From positions 125,229-189,228 of the forward strand of contig JBGSVZ010000031.1 of assembly GCA_041752695.1 (NCBI GenBank): a DNA stretch of 64,000 nt, read 5' to 3'. The notes beneath the pieces were generated by a model. The model searched no databases. It was not told the DNA's origin and saw only the letters and a list, made by a program, of their open reading frames with translations. Below, piece after piece: positions 9,515 through 18,972 of this stretch. Position numbers and translations under genes: made by a program. Numbering within the stretch: position 1 is the first letter of the stretch; every line of letters begins with the position of its first letter. The DNA comes from Terrimicrobiaceae bacterium (GTDB lineage Bacteria; Verrucomicrobiota; Verrucomicrobiia; Chthoniobacterales; Terrimicrobiaceae).

Positions 9515-11056
9515 CTAAATTTCCGGGGTCATTGAAACAAGCACGACGCCGTGCGCGTTCACTTTGGCGGAAAAACTATCCGCGCAGAAGCCGATGTCCT
9601 GCTGACGCCAGAGGTCGCGCACGCGCTGGGGGCCGCTGATTCCGAGTTCGCGCCAGGTCACGGTCACGGTTTGCGCCTCGGGGGCGACGCAGAATAGACC
9701 CACCGTTTTCGATCCGTCCTCCATGTCTTTCACAAGGACTTCGCCACCCTCGGTAGCAAAATCCCTGGCCTGCTGTCCGAGCGGATCCTGGTCCACGGCG
9801 ATGACTTCGTCGTTGGCCAGCAGACCAAGCGTGAAGGCATCGAGCCGTTCCACCGGGCAACCGATTATGAGCGGCGCTGCCCAGAGTGCCCAAAGGCTGA
9901 TGTGGGAAAACTGCTCGTCCACTGTCATCCGCGTGGGGCGCAGCGGTTTTAGATCCCAGCCCCCCAATACGCCCACCCTTAGTGGACAGGGCATGTTCCA
10001 ATGTCCTGGCCGGTTAAATTGTTCCCAAAGCCTATGTTGCAGCCAGATGTCGCGCACCCCATGCGCCCAGAGCTGCTTTTCCGCTTCGATCTGCGTGCGC
10101 TCCCACACGTCCACGATATCGCCGGTAGTGCGGCACATTTGCGCGAGCGCGGTGTAGGATGCGGCGTGGGCAAGTGGGGCATCGTTGGAGAGCTCGAGCA
10201 GAATGTCGCGAGGCTGGGCTTTCAGCGCGTCGGCCATGCAGGTGGCAAGCTCCACCGAGTTGATGGCCCAGTCGTATTTGATGTAGTCGAAACCCCACTC
10301 CGCCCACTGACGCGCATCGGCTTCCTCCCAGCGGAACTGGCCGAAAAGATTTGTCCCGCTGCGGGGCGGATCAGGCGGGGTCCACGAGCCGTCCTTGAAT
10401 TGCGAACTGCCACCGATGAAACCTTCGTAGGTATTCAGCCAAGGGGTCGAGTAGATGCCGGTTTTGAAACCGAGAGCGTGCATGTCGTCGCAAAACGCCC
10501 GCAGATCGCCGAATTTTTCATTGGGCTGGATGGCGTGGAAGGGACCGCCCCGCCTGCCCTGCCAGCCATCGTCGATATTGACATAATGATAGCCATGATC
10601 GGCGAGGCCGCTGGTGATCAGCGCCTCGGCACCCGCGCGGACTTGCGTCTCCGTGACAAACGGACCCCAGCCGCCGTAGGTGTTGAATCCCATTGGCGGG
10701 GTAAGCGAAAACTCGTCACCGATGACGATGCGCAGTTCGCGTTCGGTCGTGCCGTAGGCATTGCTCGCGCGCAGCATCACGCGGTGCGTCCCCGTTTTTT
10801 CCAGGAAGCCACTGATCACGCCGGTTTGCGGATTCAAGGAAAGCCCGGCAGGCAAATCCGAGATGGCAAATACCATCGGACGCGCACCGGTCACCGCCAT
10901 GCGATAGAGCAGCATGCTGCCGGGGCGGGCGCCGGTCACCCGTGCCCCATTGATGCGCGGGGCGGCCGGAGGAGGTGGGGTGAAGATGGGCGCGTCAGGC
11001 GTGCCCCAGTTTGGCGCAGGGGGAAGATAGGTCATGGAATAAAGTCCGGTCGGCAT
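9515..11056 (-). CDS. GH27 alpha-galactosidase-like enzyme with N-terminal putative Ig (He_PIG) domain
   Basis: LPAGLSLNPQTGVISG Ig repeat, LTPPMG, VNIDDGWQ, DYIKYDW, RTTGDI and VIAVDQDPLGQQ. Start may be 11035. Confidence 0.88.
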   Translation of the reverse strand: MPTGLYSMTYLPPAPNWGTPDAPIFTPPPPAAPRINGARVTGARPGSMLLYRMAVTGARPMVFAISDLPAGLSLNPQTGVISGFLEKTGTHRVMLRASNAYGTTERELRIVIGDEFSLTPPMGFNTYGGWGPFVTETQVRAGAEALITSGLADHGYHYVNIDDGWQGRRGGPFHAIQPNEKFGDLRAFCDDMHALGFKTGIYSTPWLNTYEGFIGGSSQFKDGSWTPPDPPRSGTNLFGQFRWEEADARQWAEWGFDYIKYDWAINSVELATCMADALKAQPRDILLELSNDAPLAHAASYTALAQMCRTTGDIVDVWERTQIEAEKQLWAHGVRDIWLQHRLWEQFNRPGHWNMPCPLRVGVLGGWDLKPLRPTRMTVDEQFSHISLWALWAAPLIIGCPVERLDAFTLGLLANDEVIAVDQDPLGQQARDFATEGGEVLVKDMEDGSKTVGLFCVAPEAQTVTVTWRELGISGPQRVRDLWRQQDIGFCADSFSAKVNAHGVVLVSMTPEI

Positions 11057-13396
11057 TCAGGGGTTGGCGGGGACGCCGTAAAGGATGCCACTGGCCCCTT
11101 CGCCTAGATAGACGCGTCCAAAAACTTGACGGTCGGCGGCCAGCACCCGCACGCCCGTGCCCTGAAATCCCGTCAGGATTGTCCATGTTTCGCCCAGATC
11201 CGTGGATTGATAAACACCCCAGCCCTGCGACCCCTTTCCGTGAACATAGACGGTGCCATGGTCCTTACCGGGTGCGGCCTTTCCGAAAGCGACCATTTGA
11301 GGACGGGTCAGGTCTTTGGTGAACTCCTCCACTTTGGTGAAAGTCTCGCCGAAGTCGCTGCTCCGCCAGATCCCGGCGAAATTCAGACCCAGCCAGACTT
11401 CCCCGGCTTTGCCCGGGCAGGCAGCGAGGGTGACAGGAGCAACGGTCGGATGCGCTCCACCACGGCCTTTCAGCTCGGTGCCATCCGCCGTCGCGCCCTT
11501 CTTTGTCCAGGTCGCTCCGGCGTCGGTACTGACATGGAAGCCAGGAGTTTTCCAAGTGGAGTAGGCGTAAAACACGCCATCCTTCACGCGATCAGAACGC
11601 ACGGAGGCATCAAAATCATAAGCGTCAATCGAGCCGCTGACCAAAAATGGATCCTCCGAACCGGCGAGTTTGGACGGCGTCCAGGTGGTGCCTCCGTCTT
11701 TGGAAAAATGCACGACCATTCCATTGGCCGGACCGAAGACCACGTTCGAACCATCCAACGAAAGCGCAACGTCTCCGCCGATGGAGCTCTTGCCAGGGAT
11801 GGGCCGAGGCATGATTTCCCAGGAGAGGCCGCCGTCCGTGGACTTCAGGATATTGCTGGGCGAAAACCGGAAATCTTTGCATGCCATCATTAGCAGCGGG
11901 TTGCTTTCCGCGTGATCGTAACCAGTGACATAGGAATGCGCGTAGTCGTTGCCAGTCTTCGTCTCGGGCGCAGTCACCCAGGCATCAGGAGGCTGACCGA
12001 GGTTGATGTGACGGAACCCGCGCACATCCGAGACGCCCGAGTAAAGTGGCGCTGTTACTCCCGTGGCCTCGGAGGGCGGGGTGGCCAGGGTCAGCGGGAT
12101 CACGTTCTCCGCGTCCCGGTTGTCTAATTCCCAAGCGATCTCATCGTCCCAGATATTCTCGGTGCGGTAAATTTGATAGACCGTAAAAAGATACGCCCGG
12201 TTGGTCGTGAAGGGATCAATGGCCAGTCCGCCGTTGTTGAGCAACAGCTTTAAGCCGAGATTTTTTTCCACCCACGCGGTGACGCTGTCGCCGAGTTTGT
12301 GTGTGGTGCAGACCCAGGAATCTCCCGCATCGGAGCTGCGCCAGAGTTCCCACTTGGGAATGACCCGCTCGGGTTTGTCCGCAGTGGGGGCGGGTGACGC
12401 AGAAAGCCCGGTGATGACTATTCGATCGGTTTTTCCCGGATCGCTGGCCAAGCCCCAGGCCCCGCGGCCCACCGTAGTCTCCGGGAAATCGGGATGGATG
12501 CCAAGTGCTCCCGATGCGACATTCCCATCTGTTTTTGGTGTGATGTCTTTCCACTTGTCCGGGGCGGTGCGCGGGTCATCGCAACGATAGACCCCGGTGT
12601 TTCCCGCGATGTATAATTTGCCGTTCCCGCCAAGCCGCATCCAGCGGACATTCGTCGGGCTGCCCGGCATGAGGCTGAACGTGTCGCCACCATTTTCCGA
12701 AAGATAGACGCCGAGTCCGGCGACAGTCACATAGACATACTTCGAGCGGCCCTCGTGATTGACCTTGGGGTCCACCACAACACTGCGGCTGTAAAAATTG
12801 ACCTCACCGGGCTGCTGAGGAAGCACGGCGGCAAACTCCGGCGCGGGGTCCTCGGCATTGATCGTACGATAGAGTCCGTCGGTCTTTGTGCGGAAATACA
12901 CGACATTTGGGTTGAGCGGATCCACTGCGACGTTGGGACCGAATTGGCGTCCGGCATTTTTGGAAAACTCCACCGCCTGCACCTCCTTGACGCGTTTCCA
13001 ATACCGCCCGCCGTCGGTGGTTTTGTAAAGGTCGTCCGCCTTGGAGTAGTCCATCGTGAAGTTGGCATAGGCGACGTCGGCATTGGTTTGATGCACAGCG
13101 AGGCCCGCAGCGGGCGCGCTGATGAAGGGATCGGTTTGGTCGCGCTCGAAGTTGCAGGAGATCCAGGGTGTCCCAACAGTGTCCCGCCGCCAGGGACCGG
13201 CCACATCCGAGCGCAGATAGACCCGGTCCTTTTGCGACGGCGCAAACTCGACACCCGTGAAATACCCGCCGCCGCCGATGGCCACGGGTTTCCAAAGGTA
13301 TGCTTCCGCATTTTGGGCATTCGCGGAGGTCAAGGCCGACCACGCGAGCAAGGAAAAGAACAACGTTCTCAAGGGAAGTAAGGCCGGGGACTTCAT
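11057..13396 (-). CDS. Secreted GH74 xyloglucanase-like beta-propeller (BNR/Asp-box repeats)
   Basis: Signal peptide; WKPVAIGGGGY, YLRSDVAG and SGVSDVRGF; several S/T-x-D-G-G-x-T/S-W repeats. Confidence 0.8.
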   Translation of the reverse strand: MKSPALLPLRTLFFSLLAWSALTSANAQNAEAYLWKPVAIGGGGYFTGVEFAPSQKDRVYLRSDVAGPWRRDTVGTPWISCNFERDQTDPFISAPAAGLAVHQTNADVAYANFTMDYSKADDLYKTTDGGRYWKRVKEVQAVEFSKNAGRQFGPNVAVDPLNPNVVYFRTKTDGLYRTINAEDPAPEFAAVLPQQPGEVNFYSRSVVVDPKVNHEGRSKYVYVTVAGLGVYLSENGGDTFSLMPGSPTNVRWMRLGGNGKLYIAGNTGVYRCDDPRTAPDKWKDITPKTDGNVASGALGIHPDFPETTVGRGAWGLASDPGKTDRIVITGLSASPAPTADKPERVIPKWELWRSSDAGDSWVCTTHKLGDSVTAWVEKNLGLKLLLNNGGLAIDPFTTNRAYLFTVYQIYRTENIWDDEIAWELDNRDAENVIPLTLATPPSEATGVTAPLYSGVSDVRGFRHINLGQPPDAWVTAPETKTGNDYAHSYVTGYDHAESNPLLMMACKDFRFSPSNILKSTDGGLSWEIMPRPIPGKSSIGGDVALSLDGSNVVFGPANGMVVHFSKDGGTTWTPSKLAGSEDPFLVSGSIDAYDFDASVRSDRVKDGVFYAYSTWKTPGFHVSTDAGATWTKKGATADGTELKGRGGAHPTVAPVTLAACPGKAGEVWLGLNFAGIWRSSDFGETFTKVEEFTKDLTRPQMVAFGKAAPGKDHGTVYVHGKGSQGWGVYQSTDLGETWTILTGFQGTGVRVLAADRQVFGRVYLGEGASGILYGVPANP

Positions 13397-13459
13397 TCGG
13401 AGGGAAATCTTGGAATTTAGAGTGGATCGCGGCGTTTGCGTAGCAGAGTATTGCTTAAA

Positions 13460-14383
13460 CTATCCAGCAGCCGTCGCGAATGTTGGACAAATAGTCACCC
13501 GCCAGCGTTTTGTATCGTTGGCTTCGATGAATAGGGCAGGTGTGGGGGAATCGAGGGCGTCGGAGAGTTTGTCGAACGGGGCGTTCGTCGGCTCGATGGC
13601 GGCGTGGTGAAAACCGCTCCAGGCACCGCGGGAGATCCAGATGCCGAGGAAGGGATTTTCGATTTTCGACCAGCGGAAATCCAGGCGGTCGCCGGTCGTG
13701 GGGTTTTCGATCGAGGCCCATCCTTCATCGAAAGGACCTGCGAAAAATTTGGCGGCAGCGCGGTCGCTTTCGAGGCGCAAGGCACTGAGATCGACTTCAG
13801 GGGCGGGAGACGGCCAGGGCCAGATTTTGCCAGGAAAAGAAGCCAATTCGACCCGTACAGATTGCACACTCGAAGGCAGGTGCAGTCTGTCACCTTCAAT
13901 GAAGGTCAACAGCGGATGCAGTGCCCAGAGGAACGGCTCCTGCGCGGCTGAATGATTAAGGATTTCGTAGGTCAACACCACAGAGTCGCGGTCCAGACTC
14001 ACCGTGCGGGTGATTGTGAAGGGCGAGATCGGCAGGCGTAGTGAGGTGCGAATGACATCCGTTGGCGTTTCATCAAGCACCCACGGCAAATTCCAAACCT
14101 CGCCGTGGCCCGGCAGATCACGTCCGCCCACCCGGCAATCCCGGACGGTGGGAAAACACTCGTCCGCTCCGATGAGCGTGCTCTTGGCAAAGTCCGCAGA
14201 CGGGCAGTCGAATAGCCGCAGCGGGCCCGGCGGACGCCACATCCATTCGCGGCCATCGGGGAGGGCGCGCAGCGAGGAAATCTTGGCCCCGAGTGCGGGA
14301 ATCACGGCAACTTCGACCTCGGTGTTGCCAAGCCGGGCGATGGTGAAACCCTGTTCGGTCGTGAGATGAAGATGCGCGATCAC
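13460..14383 (-). CDS. Galactose mutarotase / aldose 1-epimerase-like protein
   Basis: GAKISSL, GADECFPT, HGEVW, WALHP and AIEP motifs; overlaps the upstream gene by 4 bp. Confidence 0.75.
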   Translation of the reverse strand: MIAHLHLTTEQGFTIARLGNTEVEVAVIPALGAKISSLRALPDGREWMWRPPGPLRLFDCPSADFAKSTLIGADECFPTVRDCRVGGRDLPGHGEVWNLPWVLDETPTDVIRTSLRLPISPFTITRTVSLDRDSVVLTYEILNHSAAQEPFLWALHPLLTFIEGDRLHLPSSVQSVRVELASFPGKIWPWPSPAPEVDLSALRLESDRAAAKFFAGPFDEGWASIENPTTGDRLDFRWSKIENPFLGIWISRGAWSGFHHAAIEPTNAPFDKLSDALDSPTPALFIEANDTKRWRVTICPTFATAAG

Positions 14384-17300
14384 TTCAACGCGGCCAGCAA
14401 GTCGCTGGCCAAGGCCCGGGCGGGATCGCGTTTGAGCACGGCCTGCAGCAGTTTTTTCGCAGAGGCTTTCTCACCGAGCCCAATTTCCGCCTGTGCCCGG
14501 ATGAGGAGTGCGGTGGTTTCCTGACGACGCTGCAAGTTGTCAAAAAGCAGACGCGCGGGAAGCGAGGTGGCAAAATAATAGACCTTGGCCTCTTCCTTGA
14601 AAAGTTGCTTGGAATAGGCCTTAAGTCCCTTGAAAAGTTTTTTCGCCTCAGCGCGTTTGCCCAGTTTTTGCAGCGAGAGCGCGGAGAAATACGTCATTTC
14701 CGAATACTGGCGCACGGCGCGTTCCTGGAAATCACCGCGGAAACTTGCCGCGTTCGTCCAGACTTCACGGGCCCGGCTTTTTTCGCCGAGCGCCTCCAGC
14801 GCACAGCCGAGCCAGTAGTCGATATCGCTGCGGTTGGCCAGCAGGTGCTTGGTCTCACCGAGATTGGGTGGTGCGATGAGCGCCGTCTCAAAATGGGTGA
14901 GGGCGGATTTTGCTTCGCCAGCCGCGAGGGCCTTTCGACCCAGGGCAAGATGCGTGCGTTCGTGCTGGGTGCGGGCGAGACCTTCGCCGCCTTCCCACGG
15001 CTGGAAACGGCGCGAGCCGAGATAAGCCAGCGCGTCCTCATGACGGCCCACTTGGTTGAGCAGGTCGGCGTATTCCACGGAGAGATCGTCGCGCAGGCGT
15101 ACCTGCGGGAGATGCTTTTCGAGTGCAGCGAGTCGCTTCGCGGCCGCCGTGCCGATGCGTTTCCAGAGCAGGTCGCGCTCGAAGAGTAGGCGGGCGTCGG
15201 TGGGAGCGAGTTGGTAAGCTTTCTCGTAGGCGCGTTTCGATTTCTCCGGCTGCTCGAGGATGTTGTAATATCCGATCCCGAGGTTGCGCCAGACGATGGA
15301 AAAGTCTGGTTCCAGCTTGGCCGATTTTTCCCAAAGCGCGATGGCTTCCTGATGGCGTTTGCGATCGTAAAAAAGGTTCCCGAGGTAATAGAGTGCGCGG
15401 GCGTCCTGTGCATCCTTGCTGATGGCCCATTCGAGAATCACGACTTCCTCCACGCGGTGCGGGAAGCAGTAGTCGCGGGCGGCCTGACGGGCGGCTTTGA
15501 GCGCAGAGGCCATCGCCTTTTCGTCGCCGAGGAGCTGAAGCAGCCAGGCGCGGGTGTAATGCAGGGTGGGGCCATTGCCTGCGGTGGGTTCGGGTTTAGC
15601 GGGTGCCAGGACGGCGAGCGCGTCCGCAAAAAATCCCGCGCGAGCAAAGTCGTGCGCGAGGTCGAGACGGGTCTGCGAATCGCAGCGGATGTTTTCTCCC
15701 AAAAGATGCCGCGCCCACCAGTCGAGCGGATCAAGGGCTAGCGTGGTGCGGAGGGCTTTGTCGGCCTCGGCATTGCGACCGAGTGCGCGCAAGACAAGCG
15801 CCTGCAAATCACGGGCTTTGAGGTTGTCGGTGTTGACGCGGAGCGAGCGGTCGAGGTGATCGAGCGCGGCAGTCCAATCGTGGCGGCGGCAGTCAATTTC
15901 CGCTAGCGCATGGTAACCCGCCGCCTGCCAGGCCTGATTCCAGGTGGCTTTGTAGAGCGCGGCATAGGCGTCGGCGAGCAGCTCCTCATGTGGCTCACCG
16001 GCGCCCTGGGCGGCATCGGCGCGGTAACGGAGCGTGAGGCCGAGGAGGTAATAGGGTTCGCCGTCGTAGGGATTCGGATTGCGAAAAGTCAGGCGCGCAA
16101 TGGCCGTGCGGAAATGCTTTTCGGCGGAGATGAAGTCACCATTGATCAGTCGCAGACTGCCCAGCGCGATATTGCATCGCGCATCGGAGGGATCGCGTCG
16201 CAGTGCCTCCTCGAAGTAGGGCTCCGACATGCGGGTGGGATGCCGATACTGGGAGAGGTGGAGGCCATTAATGTAAAGTTCTTCAATCGTCTCGACGAGT
16301 GCAGGAAGGGGAGGCTCGGTGGCCACAGGCGGTTCGTTGAGTTTGGGCGCTTCGGGTTGATAGATGAGCAACTCGCGTTGATCGACAAGAAGCGTGAGCC
16401 TCAGGTCGGTAAGCGCGGTTTGCGGCGGAAGTTTTTGTGCAGCCACAAGCGGTTGATCGGGTCCGAGGGTCAGCTTTTTTTCAAAGAGCACCTTGCGATG
16501 ACGGGTGAGGCGGACGGTGGCCTTTTCCTTGCGCGTGGTGATGGCGCCGAACTTCGCCACGCCGTCTTTGATCGTAAGGCTGAGGGCGGCATCGACGCTC
16601 GCTTTCTGCGACGGGCCGATGCCCTGAATTGGATACCAAAACTGGCTCCACGTCTTGGTTTCGCCGGGCTGGAGAAAGGAAAAGTCGGGCTGGTTATCCG
16701 TATAGACACCCGCCATGAGCTCGATGTAGGGCGGGTATTCGCCGCTGGGTTCTGCATCGGTCAGATTGCGATCCCAGGCATAACCGAAGGCGTGATTGCC
16801 CCAGGTCCACTGCTTTTTGCCGGGCGAAATGTGGTGATTGGCCACGTGAATGAGACCGGCTTTTTTGAAATGATCGTAGCCGCCGAACGAGTCTTCCTTG
16901 GAGCCAATGCACATGTAGGAAGTCGGCACGGGGATGTTCGCGTACCATGTCAGATCGTTTGGTGCGTAATCCAGATCGGCCAGATCGGCGTTTGAGTGGT
17001 TCCCGCAATGCGGCGGAATAAACGCGGGCGGCACTTCATTTGCAGGCACACCATTTTTCGCCCGTTCTCCATAGTTCACTCCGTAGTAAACGCCATCAGC
17101 CAGGGGAAATGTGCTCGTCGAACCCTTCGCATGATCGGCCACGTGGGTGACGTCGGGCGGGAGAAAGGACTGATAACCTTCATGCACGCGCGTCGCGACA
17201 TTGGCCCACCAAAGGAAGGTTTGCACGAAAGGGGTGCGATTGTAGGCGCGCACCTTGAGCTCGATCACGGAACGGCCCGGATGCAGGCAGACGCCGTGCA

Positions 17301-17772
17301 TTCCCTTCATGCGGCAAAGAGGATCGTGCTCGCTCATCCAGATTGTTTTTGAGCCATCCGCATGTTCCTCGATCTCGACATCCGTGGGCATGAACGTGGA
17401 CGGGCGATGGTGCTGCGGCCAGTTGAACTCAATCCCACCCGAAGCCCAAGAACCGGCCAGACCGATGAGCGCCGGTTTGATGACTTCGTTGCGATACAGA
17501 AAATCGTAGCCGTTGGTCTTGTCCTTCGCCGCGTGGATGCGTCCACCCAACTCCGGCAGGATCATCACCTCAATGAATCCGTTTTCAATGGTGAGCGTGT
17601 CGTAAGCACGGTCGGTCTTTTTTTCGTCAAATCGATCCACACAGGGCAGGGGATACACGCGCCCGCTGCTGCCCTGATATACGCGACGTTCGAGAAACAT
17701 CGGATTTTTGTCCGGGGATTGCGGTTGGTAGGTGGGAATGACGGTGGACTCGCGACGGATGGAGACAGACAT
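14380..17772 (-). CDS. DUF5107 + TPR-repeat protein (YphG-like)
   Basis: RVYQGSSGRVYPLP, VIKPALIGLAG, GGIEFNWPQHHRP and ELMAGVYTDNQPDF; TPR-rich C-terminal half with PWEGGEG. Confidence 0.88.
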   Translation of the reverse strand: MSVSIRRESTVIPTYQPQSPDKNPMFLERRVYQGSSGRVYPLPCVDRFDEKKTDRAYDTLTIENGFIEVMILPELGGRIHAAKDKTNGYDFLYRNEVIKPALIGLAGSWASGGIEFNWPQHHRPSTFMPTDVEIEEHADGSKTIWMSEHDPLCRMKGMHGVCLHPGRSVIELKVRAYNRTPFVQTFLWWANVATRVHEGYQSFLPPDVTHVADHAKGSTSTFPLADGVYYGVNYGERAKNGVPANEVPPAFIPPHCGNHSNADLADLDYAPNDLTWYANIPVPTSYMCIGSKEDSFGGYDHFKKAGLIHVANHHISPGKKQWTWGNHAFGYAWDRNLTDAEPSGEYPPYIELMAGVYTDNQPDFSFLQPGETKTWSQFWYPIQGIGPSQKASVDAALSLTIKDGVAKFGAITTRKEKATVRLTRHRKVLFEKKLTLGPDQPLVAAQKLPPQTALTDLRLTLLVDQRELLIYQPEAPKLNEPPVATEPPLPALVETIEELYINGLHLSQYRHPTRMSEPYFEEALRRDPSDARCNIALGSLRLINGDFISAEKHFRTAIARLTFRNPNPYDGEPYYLLGLTLRYRADAAQGAGEPHEELLADAYAALYKATWNQAWQAAGYHALAEIDCRRHDWTAALDHLDRSLRVNTDNLKARDLQALVLRALGRNAEADKALRTTLALDPLDWWARHLLGENIRCDSQTRLDLAHDFARAGFFADALAVLAPAKPEPTAGNGPTLHYTRAWLLQLLGDEKAMASALKAARQAARDYCFPHRVEEVVILEWAISKDAQDARALYYLGNLFYDRKRHQEAIALWEKSAKLEPDFSIVWRNLGIGYYNILEQPEKSKRAYEKAYQLAPTDARLLFERDLLWKRIGTAAAKRLAALEKHLPQVRLRDDLSVEYADLLNQVGRHEDALAYLGSRRFQPWEGGEGLARTQHERTHLALGRKALAAGEAKSALTHFETALIAPPNLGETKHLLANRSDIDYWLGCALEALGEKSRAREVWTNAASFRGDFQERAVRQYSEMTYFSALSLQKLGKRAEAKKLFKGLKAYSKQLFKEEAKVYYFATSLPARLLFDNLQRRQETTALLIRAQAEIGLGEKASAKKLLQAVLKRDPARALASDLLAALK

Positions 17773-17789
17773 AATAAGGGCGGGAATAG

Positions 17790-17805
17790 ACTTGTAATTA
17801 CAAGT
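17790..17805. promoter_or_regulatory. Perfect 16-bp palindrome ACTTGTAATTACAAGT, AraR/GntR-type operator
   Basis: Lies between the divergent DUF5107 operon and the GntR-LacI regulator; resembles the AraR consensus ATTTGTACGTACAAAT. Confidence 0.7.
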
Positions 17806-17834
17806 GGTGGGTGCTGAAACTCAAGGCCGAGCAG

Positions 17835-17850
17835 GCTTAATCTATTAAGC
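17835..17850. promoter_or_regulatory. Palindromic operator candidate GCTTAATCTATTAAGC
   Basis: Best copy of the GCTTAA-N4-TTAAGC motif, in the divergent promoter region. Confidence 0.55.
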
Positions 17851-17880
17851 ATATCCCGGCAAAGCAGAGGTCGCAAAAAA

Positions 17881-18972
17881 TTGAAATTCGAAAAAGAAAC
17901 CCGGCGAGACCGACTCTTCCAAAGTTTGCGGGCGGAGATCCTGGCTGGCAAATATCCGCCGGATCGGCCGATGCCAAGTGAGCACGAATTGTGCGCTCGT
18001 TTTTCGGTGAGCCGGACAACCGTGCGCCATGCGCTGGCGGACCTGGCCCACATGGGCTTGATTTACAAGCGGCACGGCAGCGGAACCTACGCGCATCGGG
18101 TTCAGCCGAGCCCGATCAAGCCGCTGGGTTTGCTGATTCGAGAGCCACAAAAACTATCCAATCCCTACTTTGTGGATTTAATCCGAGGGGCCAACACCTA
18201 CCTCATGTCGCTGGGCTCCCATATTGCGGTAATCAACCAGGCTCCAGGAGAATGGCCTGCTCATTTGGTCGCATCCCTTGCGGGGGTCATCGTCATACCG
18301 ACTCCTCTGGAGCAAGGCGATATTGATGTCCTGAAAACCCGGAAAATTCCATTTGTGATCTGCACCGACGCGCTGCTCGACGGGCCCATCGTCAGTTACG
18401 GTGTGGAAACGGCCGCGCGGAATCTGACGGAGTGTTTGCTCGCACTCGGGCATCGACAGTTCGGATTGATCAGCGGCCACAGGCAACATGCGGATCAAAT
18501 GAAAAAGACCGGGGTCCGCTCCGCTTTGGAGGCTGCGGGAATTGATTTTTCGACCGTTCCGGATTTCCTCACCAATTTTGACGAGAATAAGGGGCGGCGT
18601 GCGGCGGAGGTTTTGCTAAAAAAACATCCGGAGGTTACTGCCATTATTGCGACCGATGATCTGCTGGCATTGATTGCCATTCAGGTTGCCCGCCATCAAG
18701 GCAGACGAGTGCCTGGCGATCTGAGCGTCGTGGGTTTCAACGACCTGGCGGTCAGCGCACTTTTCGAGCCGTCTCTGACCACGGTCAAATTTCCGGTTGT
18801 CGAGGCCGGGAGAAGAGCCGCGGAACTGATTTGTTTAAATGTTCTTAAATCCGAGGTAATTTGTTCGTCGGAGCTCGGCCACCACATCGTTTGGCGACAA
18901 TCAGCAGCGTCGGTTGTTTCCTTTGGGACGTTGCCCGGCGACGTTGGTGCAAGGGAAGTTCAGAGAGATTGA
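17881..18972 (+). CDS. GntR-HTH / LacI-type sensor transcriptional regulator (AraR-like)
   Basis: MPSEHELCARFSVSRTTVRHAL...GSGTY wHTH; VPGDLSVVGFND...PSLTTV effector domain. Confidence 0.92.
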   Translation: MKFEKETRRDRLFQSLRAEILAGKYPPDRPMPSEHELCARFSVSRTTVRHALADLAHMGLIYKRHGSGTYAHRVQPSPIKPLGLLIREPQKLSNPYFVDLIRGANTYLMSLGSHIAVINQAPGEWPAHLVASLAGVIVIPTPLEQGDIDVLKTRKIPFVICTDALLDGPIVSYGVETAARNLTECLLALGHRQFGLISGHRQHADQMKKTGVRSALEAAGIDFSTVPDFLTNFDENKGRRAAEVLLKKHPEVTAIIATDDLLALIAIQVARHQGRRVPGDLSVVGFNDLAVSALFEPSLTTVKFPVVEAGRRAAELICLNVLKSEVICSSELGHHIVWRQSAASVVSFGTLPGDVGAREVQRD

